Assembly (NCBI GenBank): GCA_964234715.1
Contig: OZ174279.1
Length of the DNA stretch: 64,000 nucleotides
Direction: 5' to 3' (one strand)
DNA from: Podarcis melisellensis
Taxonomy: Eukaryota
The notes beneath the pieces were generated by a model, which saw only the letters and a program-made list of their open reading frames with translations, did no database searches and was not told where the DNA came from. Positions 10,948 through 23,400 of this stretch are shown here, piece by piece (position 1 is the first letter of the stretch; every line of letters starts with the position of its first letter). Both the position numbers and the translations under genes were made by a program.

Positions 10948-12647
10948 CTGCAACAAGAAGAGAGTTGTACATCGTTGGCCCTTTGTAAAACAACATCTGT
11001 ATTGAAACTGTCTAGAAATGCTTCTCATATCATCAGAATGAAAACAGTTTTGGTGCATTTCGCTCCTAAGACAATGAGCTAAAATCTGGGTGGCCCATGT
11101 TCACTGTGCAAGTGACGGGGAAAAATAGAAATGTTTGCACACATTTTTGCTTTAGTGCTAGATTTTTATTTCTAACTGCAACACAGCAGTTAGAAGTTTA
11201 TACACTTTCCCCTAAAGTGCCCAAATGAGTGCTGTGGAAGCAGAATATCATAGCCAGTTGCACTGCACCACAGTCATGCTTTGAGGACAAGAGAGCAAGC
11301 TGGCACCACGACACTAGCAACTGCCAGCTTCAATGCTTAAAACATAACAGTGGTGCACTAACATGTTATACGGAATAGACACAGCCTCACTGGAGCAGAC
11401 TAATGCAGGGACAGGAGGAACATCCCCATGAAAAGACACACACACCTGCTGCCATTAAGACATTTTGTTCACTATGGAGCCCTCATTACGCAAACTCCTG
11501 CTGCAGATATGGGACAGCAAATGTTTAAATGAAACTGTAAAGAAGCTATAGCATCTACTCCTTCTGGAGACTATCTGCTTTTCATCTCAGACTTTGCCTT
11601 GTTGCTGCTGAAGCTATATACTATTCTCTATATGTCTGCCTTTGTGGATTTTTACTATCATGCACTCTTGGTCATTTGAGCCTGATGTTGGTTGAACTAG
11701 ACGTAAGAATGCTTACACTAGATATATTAACATAAAAGGAAGCCCTTATCTATATGCACTGGGACTGCAGCGTCATCTAGATTTTGTTGTATGGTATTTC
11801 AACTGTATGTAGTAAATTGGCTTTGCATACAGCAAAGCTCAAAGATATGAAGTCAAGGGTCTTTGATCATACCCTGGAGCAATGACCCTGCTGTCTCAAC
11901 CAGAGCTTTTCAGTTGTTGTTGCTTTTAAGTCCAAGCCCCAAGTTGCTGAGAATAAACGTGAAATGGGTTGCATGTTTCCGATTAAGGCTTAGAAACCAG
12001 AGTCTGCATCACTTTTGGTAGTCTGAGGTGGAACATCTCAGCTCAGCTTGTTCTTTGCCACAGCTTCCAGCTCGTGTCCTTAAAACATGCTTTCCCCCAG
12101 TACATTCCTTCATGATGCTTCCTGCAAACCCACAGCCCAAGTAAATGCAATAAAAGATTCAAGAGCAGGTGTGGAGAACCTCCAGTCCACAGGCCTAATT
12201 AAGCCCAGCCCAGGTCCGAGTTTGGCCCATGAGACCACCTGTCCACATCCTGATGTCATATCAGGTGTGGGACAGGTAAGGAAAGGGCTACAAAAGTAAA
12301 CTAGGGAACTTAAAACTGGCTGACAGCTGGGATCCGAATGCACTAAGGAGTCCACCATTGGGAACTCGCTAGTGCAGTGCCGATCAGTTGAAAAGAAGGC
12401 TTCATTTTAAGGAGACTGCATCAAAGACTAACAGAAATCATTAAGTGCATTTACAGAGATTTGGCCAGTTTATGTAAATAATATCTACCATACAGGTTTA
12501 ATTTATTCATACTATTGACAAAATCTGGAATTTTAATTGCATTCTATTACACACACACGTAATTCACACCTTGCCCTTCCATTCTACTCTGTTGATGCTA
12601 ATCTTGATAATTTAGCTATAATTTATATGTGTGAGACCAATCTATAA

Positions 12648-12779
12648 CAGAAATGGCTAACCTGTGGTCCTCCAGATGTTGATGGATTCCTACTCCCATC
12701 AGCCTCAGCCAACACTGCCAAAAGTCATGGATGATGGGAGGTGTAGTACATCTGGAGGGCAACAGGCTAGCCAATCCCG
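12648..12779. mobile_element. Small palindromic hAT-like MITE
   Basis: Inverted arms ggctaacctgtggtcctccagatgt...acatctggagggcaacaggctagcc. Related decayed copies at ~5765-5862, ~25763-25878 and ~36841-36936. Confidence 0.7.
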
Positions 12780-14362
12780 ACCTACAAGATGGTCTAATCT
12801 GTGCTGTAGCATGTGAAACAGCAAGGAGGAAAAAGCAGAGGATGTTAGAAAAAAGAGTTGCCGGAACTCACCATGAATGCCTCCCTTGTTCTTTTATAAT
12901 GGCAATGGCACCCCCCTGAGAGGTGCCAGAAGTGAGTTCTGGCTGGAAAAAAAAGCCCTGGCTCACACCATACTTAAATGAACTTGGAAAAAGTGAAAAG
13001 GAGAAAAAAGACCTTGTACCAACATCAGATTTCAGGCAACTGTATACCAAATGCATTAAAATTTTACCAAGTAAAACAACCCTACATGTGATTCCTTTCT
13101 GGATGACAAGGTGCTGGTGGTGGGGGAAATGTGACCCAGAATATGGTGTGTTTGACAATCTCAATACAGTACTTGCTCACTTGGGTGTCCTTTGAGGTTC
13201 CACTGATTGGTGCCTAAGTAATGTTTGTGAGAGGACATACATTTGAAGCTTGGGTTCTAGAAGAGGTTTGAAGTTTCATATATGTATCTGCAGCTTCTAT
13301 CCCATAATGTTAAAATGGAACTCATCACTAGCACCTGTTAACAGCCTGGCAACCTTCCCTTAAGCCTCCCTAAGATCAGCACTATTCAGAAGTAAATTAA
13401 TAGTAAAGTGGATTCCTTTGTAAGAGTCATGAACCTCAGCATAATTACTCAAAGAGAAAAGATAGCTGCAGGGTGCTTAAAAGCAAGTCTAATCAAATGT
13501 GAATGACAACATAGGTGCCTATAAAATACTATGCACACATAACAGGGAGTCAATCTATGAATGTGCAGTTTCTACAGGACGTCAAACTTCCACATAACTC
13601 ACACTCCATTAAAATTATTCCTCCTAATATAAAATTCAAGTAGTTCAGTGCTGAAGCAAAAAGAAGGGGTGGGGACTGATAAGTAAGAGGGAGGTATCAG
13701 GATGCTTAGATGAAACTCAATGTATGCTTTTAAAAATGTTATTTGGGGGCTGAAATACCCCCAAAACGATCTAGTGGAAGGGAATAGAGATTTGACCTTT
13801 TGAACACCCTAAACCGTACAGTATCCTGGCTTCCACCCTTAACAAAAACTCTCCAGTGAGAGGGTGAGGATTCAATGCAACATTTTGTTTCAGTTGTCCA
13901 GTAACAGCTGGTGCCCACTAGTAGGGCAGAAGAGGCCAATAGGTGGAGCCACAGCCAGTGACAGACCAAGGTACAGCCGATGGCAGGCATAGCCAACTAA
14001 TTCTAGTTTTGTCTCCATCCTTGCTGAGTTCTACAAGGGACAACATTGAGACGAAGGAGGAGGAAGCCAATAGGCAGTGCCAACCCCTGGAGTGGATGTA
14101 AAATAAGACAGCGGACAGGTAGAGACTGGCTGGTGTTCTAGATATATATTAGAAATATTTTCAAACAATGTGTAGTATTTGCTCATGTCTATGAACATGC
14201 ATGGGAAAGCAATAGGTAATAGAAGCCATTTGGAAAGTTGCACTATATAGACAAGGTGCGGTTGAAACCTAAATTAGATTGGAAAGTCATATTTCTGATG
14301 AATGCAATGTGGAGAGAGGCTCTCAATGAGTGGAAGGAGGTGTGAAGGGAGGGGTTGCCATG

Positions 14363-14625
14363 CAGGGCTGGCCCTACGGTGAGGGACAACAAGAACTGCC
14401 TCAGGTAGCAGGTGCTGAGGTGGGGGGAGTGGCCAGAGCTGGGAGTGCCCTGTGGCCTGCCCTGTTCCCCTATGCTAGCCTGCTTCCCTCAACTGCAGTA
14501 GAAGACACTGTCCTTTCACCAGGATTGGAGTAACAGTCAACTACCATTCCACTTGGCTTCTGTGTGTGCCTTGGGAGAGGGCACCGTCCTGCCCTTCGCC
14601 TCAGGCAGCAAAATATCTGCTGCTG
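14363..14625. mobile_element. GC-rich non-autonomous hAT-like element (degenerate)
   Basis: Starts cagggctggccct; repeated gcctcagg(t/c)agca motifs near both ends; GC-rich block in AT-rich intron. Confidence 0.45.
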
Positions 14626-17600
14626 TGTAAGTGACTTCACATATGTTCTCCCCATTACTGCTCAAGAGATCCAAATATACTAGCAGGTTTCTGTGCATCA
14701 TAGCCAATGTGGAGACTGGCGGGTAACTCGATCTACATTTGCATGACAATGATCATCTTGGGTCCACTGGTTAAATGCATCACCCAGATGGTGCTTGTCT
14801 CCATATTCAGGGCTACTGTCTGTCATGACTAGAGCTGAACTGGGGTCATTGTAGGTTTGTAATATTGCTTTTAAAGAGTAATCCAACAGGTTTATACAAA
14901 TGCCATTAAGAGACGAGTATTATCACAACGTTTTGCAGGTCTGGGTAATGCTGCCTCCTTACAGCTATGATCCTATCTGTTTGTCTAACACAGCATCCCA
15001 GAAGGAAGTTCAGCTTCAGTTTGCCAGAAACCGTTGGCTATTAATAGTTAACAAATGCAATAGGATACTATTGTGGGGTTTGGGAGGGTGGGGGAGAAGA
15101 CTGTAACAAATCTACTGCCTAGCAGGATCACAATTTCACGGAGATTATTGTTATTATTATAGATGGTTATCAATTATGCATCACGTTGATAGTTAATTTA
15201 TAAAAGGAACAGGGGCTTACTGGTGCCGCTGAATTCTGACTGATAGGAGATGGGCGATTTCCTGGTAGTTAATGGCCAATTTCCCAGCAATACGACTGCA
15301 GCATAATCACAGAGATTTATAGTAATAATTAATTGATTTTTCCCTCAAAATGTGAAGATTCTAAAGACCATGATTCCCAGTCCTATTAATAATTAATCCT
15401 GCATTTTTAAAAAAAATATCTAAACTCTGAATTCAAGGCAAAGAAGGTTTTTAAGGGAAGAGTTTATTGTATTACCAATAAAAGGGGGGAGGGACCTATG
15501 TACATAAATAAAAGGTTACAGCAGATAAATACAGTAGATAAATAGAAGTGAAGTAATTTTCACTGTCAACATTTCTCAGTCTAATGAAAGCACTCTTCAC
15601 ATTCTAACAGGAATAGGGCAGTAGAATAAAAAGCAGGAACAAGTCTGTTTGGGCCCGACTAGTAGAAAGTTAGCTTATATCAGGTATGAGCAACTTTATG
15701 GTGAGAACTGGGACCAACTTTGAAGATGAAGAAATAGGGGAAAGTGTGCAGGCATACAAGAAAAGAAAGAAACTCCCCGTCACCGAGTCATACATGAGAT
15801 GCAGAGAATCACACAATTCCCCACGATGTACAGAGTACCTCTTCCTTGTGGGAGAAGCACAAATGGTATCCTTTACTCCCCTAAATATTCAAGCAAGGAG
15901 CAGACAAGCAAGCCTCGCTATAACTTCTACCACCACAGCTGCCACCTTCAGTTTTTAGCAGTTTCTGCGTCATCTGTAGGATACCTGTCTCTGCTCTATA
16001 CAGGATTTCATCTTTCTGTTGCTTCACCCGGGCAGATATCAAACCAGTGTCAGCCGTGCACGTAAACAGGTTAATCCAGAGATATACTATGACAGGGCAG
16101 AAGAAGTTCCATTCAGGGGAAACAAGATTTGAAGTGATGGACCCTGAACTTGATATTATTTCACTACAGCAGGGACAATCTTACCATCTGGGTTCTCAGT
16201 CAGAGACAACTGGTACTCCTTCCAGAGACGCCAACAAGTAGCAAATGGTATGGCTAGCATAGATACTATGATATTACAGAGTCAAACATCAATACTGTGA
16301 ACACGTTCTGTATGTTACCAGCAGTGTGGTCCTGGGAGCGATGGCAATCAAAACAGAGCCGGGCATTTCTGTCTCTCTCATTACCAAGCACCAGCCTTAA
16401 ACACACAATTTAAAACAAATTCTTGAGAACAACAATTTTAATGGCTTCATTATTTCCAAAGCTGAAAATCTCTGCATGTAAAATATTTGCACTTAAGCCA
16501 ACTGCACATGACAACAGCAGGAACTCTTAGATCATCAGGAACACAGAAGAATTACAAAGGAAAGAAAAACCTTACTACTTTTCCATGGTAATTAGAAAAT
16601 GTAATAAATCTTTTAAGGCATGCAAATTGGAGAGCTGCACTAAAAAGAGAGAAAGACATCCAGAACCTTAAAACGATTGCATTTATTAGGAGCAAAGGTA
16701 AGGAGGGTTTCAAAACACACCACTTCAAAAAACATACAAACATGACTTCGAAAAGTAAAGGAAACAAAAAAATTTAAAAATCTGTGTTCAGTTTTTGCTC
16801 ACAGGCTTCACACAAAAAGGTCTGCTTCGAAAATCAAGCCAAGTACACAAGTCTTTTGTTGCTTGATAAACACAAATCTGAAATGGCAACGATCCTTCTA
16901 CAATACAGTTACCATGGAATGAGTGAAAAGTTACATAATTTCATAAACTATACTTCAATCATTGAGTAACCCTGTAAAATGCACTCCAACCAAGCACTGT
17001 AGGAGCTTGTGCAGCCAATACTCCTAAATCAATAGTGGGCTGGTGTGATCATACACTTCCCTTGCCAGCCCCCAAACGCTCTAAGAGGAAAACTTCTCTG
17101 CCTATAACTATTTCTAAAAAGTTAGATCCTCACTGAGCTTAGCAATACCATTTATTGGTGATGTTGTACTGGCTTGGATCCAGAGGAAAGCAAAACAGGG
17201 CAAGCTTGCACTTTGGGGCTTTCACATCACACCCCGCTGAGACCCCTGAAAAGCTTGAGGGTCGGGGATGAAGTGCAGAGGGATGCAATGTGGAAATCAT
17301 AAGAAATCAGGAGTGGGGCTTCTGTACTGGAAAGGAAAGGGCAGTGTGAAGCTGCAGGCAGATATACAAACAAATAAAAATGTACAAGTAAGAATACATA
17401 CAACTCAGCAAGAGACAACCGTCTTTTGTCCTCTCATGTGGGATTATGGAGGGAAATGAATCCCTTTCACTTCCCCCACCAAAAAAACAAAACAAAAACC
17501 GGACCTATTTGCGATTTGGCAGCTTAATCCGCTCTGGAAATGCTTATAAGACTATAAATTTCAGCCATTTTGGCCAAAAGGGTTATAGCTGTTTTTCAAT

Positions 17601-17955
17601 TCACCATTATAACGGATGGGAAACACAGGCCTTAGCTTTGCATGGAGCAGCTCAGAATTCAAATTAAAGATCAAAGAGAACAGAGCAACTCAGAGAGATC
17701 AAAATTATACACAGCTACAAGGTGAATCTTGGGTCCCATGCACATCCCTAATAAATAGCTCTCCAGTTTCTTAAGTAATCTTATATTACAAGATATTGAT
17801 CTCTTGTGTCTCTTATTTATGAACTTGAGTAGTTCATTTGGGAGTACACTGCACAGAGTGAATCTCTCCAGTCTATTTCCATGACTGAACTTGAGAGGAG
17901 AAAGCAGCTGCATCAGCAAGACTAGCAGTGAACCGGAGGATGCATGAATCCAGAA

Positions 17956-18045
17956 CATAGCTGTCAACTTTTCCCTTTTCTTGTGAGAAATCCTATTCGG
18001 AATAAGGGAATTTCCCTTTAAAAAGGGGAAACGTTGACAGCTATG
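17956..18045. mobile_element. 90-bp hAT-type MITE
   Basis: Perfect 13-bp terminal inverted repeats catagctgtcaac/gttgacagctatg. 8-bp target duplication atccagaa (17948-17955) / atccagac (18046-18053). Confidence 0.88.
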
Positions 18046-18475
18046 ATCCAGACTGGAGTCCTGATATTGAGCTGCATCTTTTCAACTAGGTTCCACTAAA
18101 GAACTGGTCCCTTACACCAGTGGCCTTATACTCCCCAGGGCAGGCAACACAAAAGGCAGGAGATGGCTGAGATGCAATCGTATGTAAAGCTCCAGACCAG
18201 AGGATTAAAACATTCAAAGCTCCTCACTCTTCAAGAAAGAGGTAGCACATGTATATGGTAATGTGGCCCAAGAGGCATCAAGGGCCTCAGCTGATGTTCA
18301 GTCTTTGTCAAGTGAAGTGGTCTGCTTGGAGCTATCTCAGGTTCCATAACTCTAATCTGTTCCTACCTGACCAAAGAACCAACAGGGATCTGCCATGCCC
18401 CAAGGACTCCTACTTTGGTCATATTAAAATACCTTTCTGAGTTTTCATCAACATACAAGAAGATACCCTCTAACT

Positions 18476-18769
18476 CAGGGGTCAGCAAACCTTTTCAGTC
18501 CACTGTCCTTCAGACCTTGTGGGGGACCGGACTATATTTTGAAGCGGAAAAAATGAACGAATTCCTATGCCCCACAAATAACTCAGAGATGCATTTTGAA
18601 TAAAAGCACACATTCTGCTCATGTAAAAACACCAGGCAGGCCCCACAAATAACCCATAGATGCATTTTAAATAAAAGGACACATTCTACTCTCCAGGACC
18701 ATCCGCAGGCCAGATTTAGAAGGCGATTGGGCCAGATTCAGCCCCCGGGCCTTAGTTTGCCTACCCATG
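18476..18769. mobile_element. Non-autonomous hAT element with internal tandem duplication
   Basis: Ends caggggtcagcaaac...gtttgcctacccatg; flanks ctctaact/ctctaaaa. Same family as 61979-62249. Confidence 0.85.
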
Positions 18770-20090
18770 CTCTAAAAAACCCCACTTCATGCACCAGTTC
18801 CATATCATTTAAACCATTATAAAAAGCACAAAACACAATGCCTATGAAATCTGTAAGTACATCACTACATGTTTAAACACTCTGAAGATAAAGGCACCAA
18901 TTACGCTGTAGATGTACTTCACAAATTAATAGAGTTTCCATGATTGGGCCCATCCCATTTAAGTTTGACAGGTGCCCATGATGATACCATGCAGTGATAA
19001 GAGCCTGTTTTTAAAACCTGCTGGAGTAAAACAAGCTCCCCAAGCCAGGATTTGGGGTGGCATAGATATGCTAGGGAAACAACAGAAACACAGAGGGGAT
19101 TCCTCTTTAATAAAAAGATTTCCATTAGTTGAGCAGGATACACACACCTACCACTTCTTCTAAATGATCTCTACGCAATCTGAAAATAAAACCCGATTCT
19201 AAAACAGTAGAAGTAAGTAGGCTAAGCACAACTGAAAGCAGAGAGAGCAATTAATGCATACATATATGCACCGTTTCAGCATATAATGAAATCTGAGTGC
19301 GAAAAGATACACACAGGGGGGGAAACTGTAATTCTTTGCTCTTCAGCAAGATTAGGAAACAACTGAAGTGATTTACATATAGTAATTGCATGTCCTTGCT
19401 AGTCTCCAGCGGTGTCTTTCAAAATTTAAATTTCCCTGAAAGTGCTCGGACATTACCCCAGGCATTTATTTATTTATTTATTAGTGGGGGATTACTTAAC
19501 CATGACAGCATGAAAAGTAATAACACATTGCAAAAAGAAAATTATTTCAGTTCTTCTTAGGATTGCGTTTTAAATACCCACAGTCCATGACAGAACAAAG
19601 AACGAGGAGGGTGTTATACCCAAGGCGAAGAAGGGTCTCTTCCAACAACAGTGAAATGGGCACTGCTCAGTAATGTATTTGGCCTGTGGATATCCTTGCA
19701 ATTGAACTGAAGGCATGAAATCCACCTGCTGCTTAAATTGTGAACACCTCCATTACTATTACTTATTTATTTGATTACTTGCCCAACCTTCACCCTGAGA
19801 CCGAATCTTTCATTTTTTTTATATGTCCATCAGAAATGCACATATATGAAATGAAAAAAGCAAATACAAAGCTAATGGCAGGGCAAATTCTTTTGTATCA
19901 ATAACAGATGCAGATTAGCAGACTAGGCATACAGTGAGAAAAATATTGATCCTTGGTTATGTATAAAATTACACTAGTTTTTGTTTGTTTTGCACATGAT
20001 AATGATCACATTTTGTATTTTGTTATCCTTGCCCAGCATGGGCTTACCAGGATGAGGAAATGGATGGGGTATGTGTTTATTGATATACTA

Positions 20091-20446
20091 AAGATAAAGG
20101 TAAAGGGACCCCTGACCATTAGGTCCAGTCATGGACAACTCTGGGGTTGCGGCGCTCATCTCGCTTTACTGGCCAAGGGAGCCGGCATACAGCTTCTGGG
20201 TCATGTGGCCAGCATGACTAAGCCGCTTCCGGCGAATCAGAGCAGCGCACGGAAACGCCGTTTACTTTCCCACTGGGGCAGTACCTATTTATATACTTGC
20301 ACTTTGATGTGCTTTTGAACTGCTAGGTTGGCAGGAGCTGGGACTGAACAACGGGAGCTCACCCTGTTGCAGGGATTTGAACTGCCAACCTTCTGATCGG
20401 CAAGCCCTAGGCTCTGTGGTTTAACCCACAGCGCCACCTGTGTCCC
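20091..20446 (-). mobile_element. Full-length Sauria SINE (Squam1/POM-type)
   Basis: tRNA-like head (minus strand gggacacaggtggcgctgtgggttaaaccacagagcctagg), (ACCTTT)n-type tail, and perfect 10-bp target duplication tgatatacta at 20081-20090 and 20447-20456. Confidence 0.95.
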
Positions 20447-23400
20447 TGATATACTACTAGTTTCTAAAGAGAGAGAAAAAAAGAATCTAGAGAAGTTCAT
20501 GATTTTTTGCTCCCTGAGCACACAATACTGCATAATCCCAATAAGAAAAATGTATTTCATGAACAGAACTGATATTGATATTATCTTAGCTATTCAGTTG
20601 TGGATAGTGGAGACTGCTTCCATCTCACCTGTACAGTTTCTTCCTTTGTGTTGAAGGTTTGTGATCCTAACAGGGGAGGAGGTTAGAGACTATGGTCCTA
20701 TCGGCGGGAGCCAAACAAAAAGCATCAGATTTTGATAAATGGAAACATTTGGTTCTACTGAATCATTTTCCTTGGTCACTATAATTTCTTTCAATGGAAA
20801 AACACTGTTCTTTTCTCATTTCAAGGGAATAATAAAATCTGTTAGAAGTTTATAGGAGATCAAACTTAAACTCTCCACTAGCTAGAAACAAACAAACACT
20901 TTCACAGAACTACAATTTTGTTACTGTGAACTGCACAAAAAAGTAAACAAGATGAACTATGTTACTGAGTCAAAATTCTATTCTAAATCTTCTGGCTGCT
21001 TTAGCAGAGACTTAGCAGTTTCTATTGTCTAGGAAACAGCAGGAAGTAATATGAACAGTCTATCCAACTGCCTTTACATTTTTCCAACACAATTAACCAG
21101 CAACCAGTTCTAAATTTGGTAGGACTGAAACCACCCAGTATCCATCAAGCCCCAAACCCTCAGAGAGGCCATTTTCTTTCTCTTCTGATATGAAAACACA
21201 TACATGGTTGAATACTTTCCCAACAAACTAAGTGAAATAAAACAAACAAACAAAAAACCCTCAGAGTACGTGAATGAAAAAAATTACATAGCTAGAAAAA
21301 GAAAATACTTCTATAGGAGCAATTCTATTACATAAAAGTCACAGCCATGAAATATCTTCAAGACCCACTCTTAAGAGATTCTGGAGATTAGACATTTCTG
21401 TGGATAATGAGAACATTTACAATGTTGTTAGGTTGAAGTGGTGATGGTGGGGAGAGTAAACAATATAAATCTTTTATCTCCACACTAGAAAGAATATGCC
21501 AACTGCTGATTGATAAGTAACACAGGAAAAAATCTCTCATGAAAAGGTCAGTATTTTGCTGTGGTCCATTTTTCAATCCTGACACTGAGAGAACATTCCA
21601 AATGGGCAATTGGTTTCATATAAAATGGGAAAGAGTATCATTTCTTTAAGTTCTTTGAGTAAACAAACCATTTTACCAGACTAGCCAGTGAACTGCTCAT
21701 ACAACTATTTTTGTGGCCTTCTGTCACAAGAATCACTGGCTTCATCATGTGCTGAAGTAGGCTGTGTCCCAATCATCACTAAGACAACTTGTTCATCACT
21801 TATTCACCTTTAACAAATAAAAAGCTTTCAGGTGGGATGGGAAAGGAATGCCAAATGCATGTGAGTATTAAAAGGGTGAAAAAGCAGGCTACAGGTAGTA
21901 CTGTTTCTGTGTTCATTCCCAAAATCATTGGACAATGATGATCAAACAATTTAGCTGTGTTGCCATCTTGGCACTGCTGGAAGGGCTGTCTTCTACCAAA
22001 AGCCTCTTCCTAATGCCCTACCTGCTGTCTGTGTACCTATGAACCATACCTTGCCTGTCAACTACAATGACTTGGAATCACTGGAACACCAAGGGCCCAC
22101 TAGGGGCACCTGCCTGAACAATTGCTCCCTTGCCAGGGAGAGTGACCTAGAAGTCAGCTGCTGCATGTAAACATAGCTGATGGATAAGATTGGGTGGTCT
22201 GATAGTAACAGTCTGTGAAACAACCCATTTTATCATTATTATATGGACACGGCAATGATCAGAGGCCACTAACTATTAATATGCCTTTTATCTCACAAAC
22301 ATAAAGACTTTTAGTGTTAACAGTTTTTAAAAAAATATCTAAATGGTTCAAAAGGGAGAATAAAGATTTTCTAGAAATAGATTGAGAATAGTACAGGTAA
22401 AAGCAGGCCTAGCAGAACCTGTGATCTTGATAAACCTTCTGTTTTGGATGCCTGCCTGTGTCAGTGAACAGCAGGCCAAAATGTACAGTTTATACCTTTG
22501 TAGTGTCAGGCTGCATGTTCTACAAGTCTGGGTTAATGTGTTTTTCTGAGCTGTTTACATTAACTGATCAAGCAAGCATATAAAGCAGTCCAGCATTTTC
22601 CACCACAGTAGGTTAGGGAGTGATAGGCTTATTCATGTCAACTCAATTCAGAACCAGTTTGTATGCATCTGATAACATGTACACAGCACTACTGCCTCTT
22701 TGGGAGTTTTAATTACGTAGCTTCACCTGCATCAACTCCATAGCATCAGCCGTAGTGGAAAGCTACCTGAAAATTCAAGTCCAACAAACATACCTGGTAC
22801 AAGAGAGGGTGTTTTAGAACAGGCTGGCAAAAGGCGGGGGGAGGGGGGAGGAGATGAGGAATGACAACAACCACGTAAAGTGTTTTCAATAAGCAGTTGC
22901 TGTCTACTCCAAATAGAGAAGATATTCACCAGACAAAAAAGACTGCATAATCACGTGATTTGGTCATGCACTACAAAGCAATCAACAATACATTTGGTAA
23001 GGGATTAACATCAAAGAACTGCTCATATATCTATATAAAGCAGCTGGATTTGGGTGGCTGGGCCTGCTGAATGTTCAACATGCATGCTCAGAACCCCATC
23101 TAATACCTCAAGCTCTGGAAGAACTTCTCAGGGAAACAGTACCTGAGTCACAATATTGAGACAATCTGGACAAATTCCAGCAGGTAATTATGAATTTTGG
23201 TGATATTACTGTTTTTTTGCTGAAAATGCTGAGTTACTTTAGACAGGAGTTCTTGCACAACAGTGCACTATGGGGGGCGGTTTGGAGGAGCTTGCACTAC
23301 AATTCACCTGCAACTCTGTGCAGTTCAACATGTGTTTTACTAGGCTATATTTAGTTGTGTACCACCATTCATCAAGGCTGATTAGATCTCCAGGAAGATC

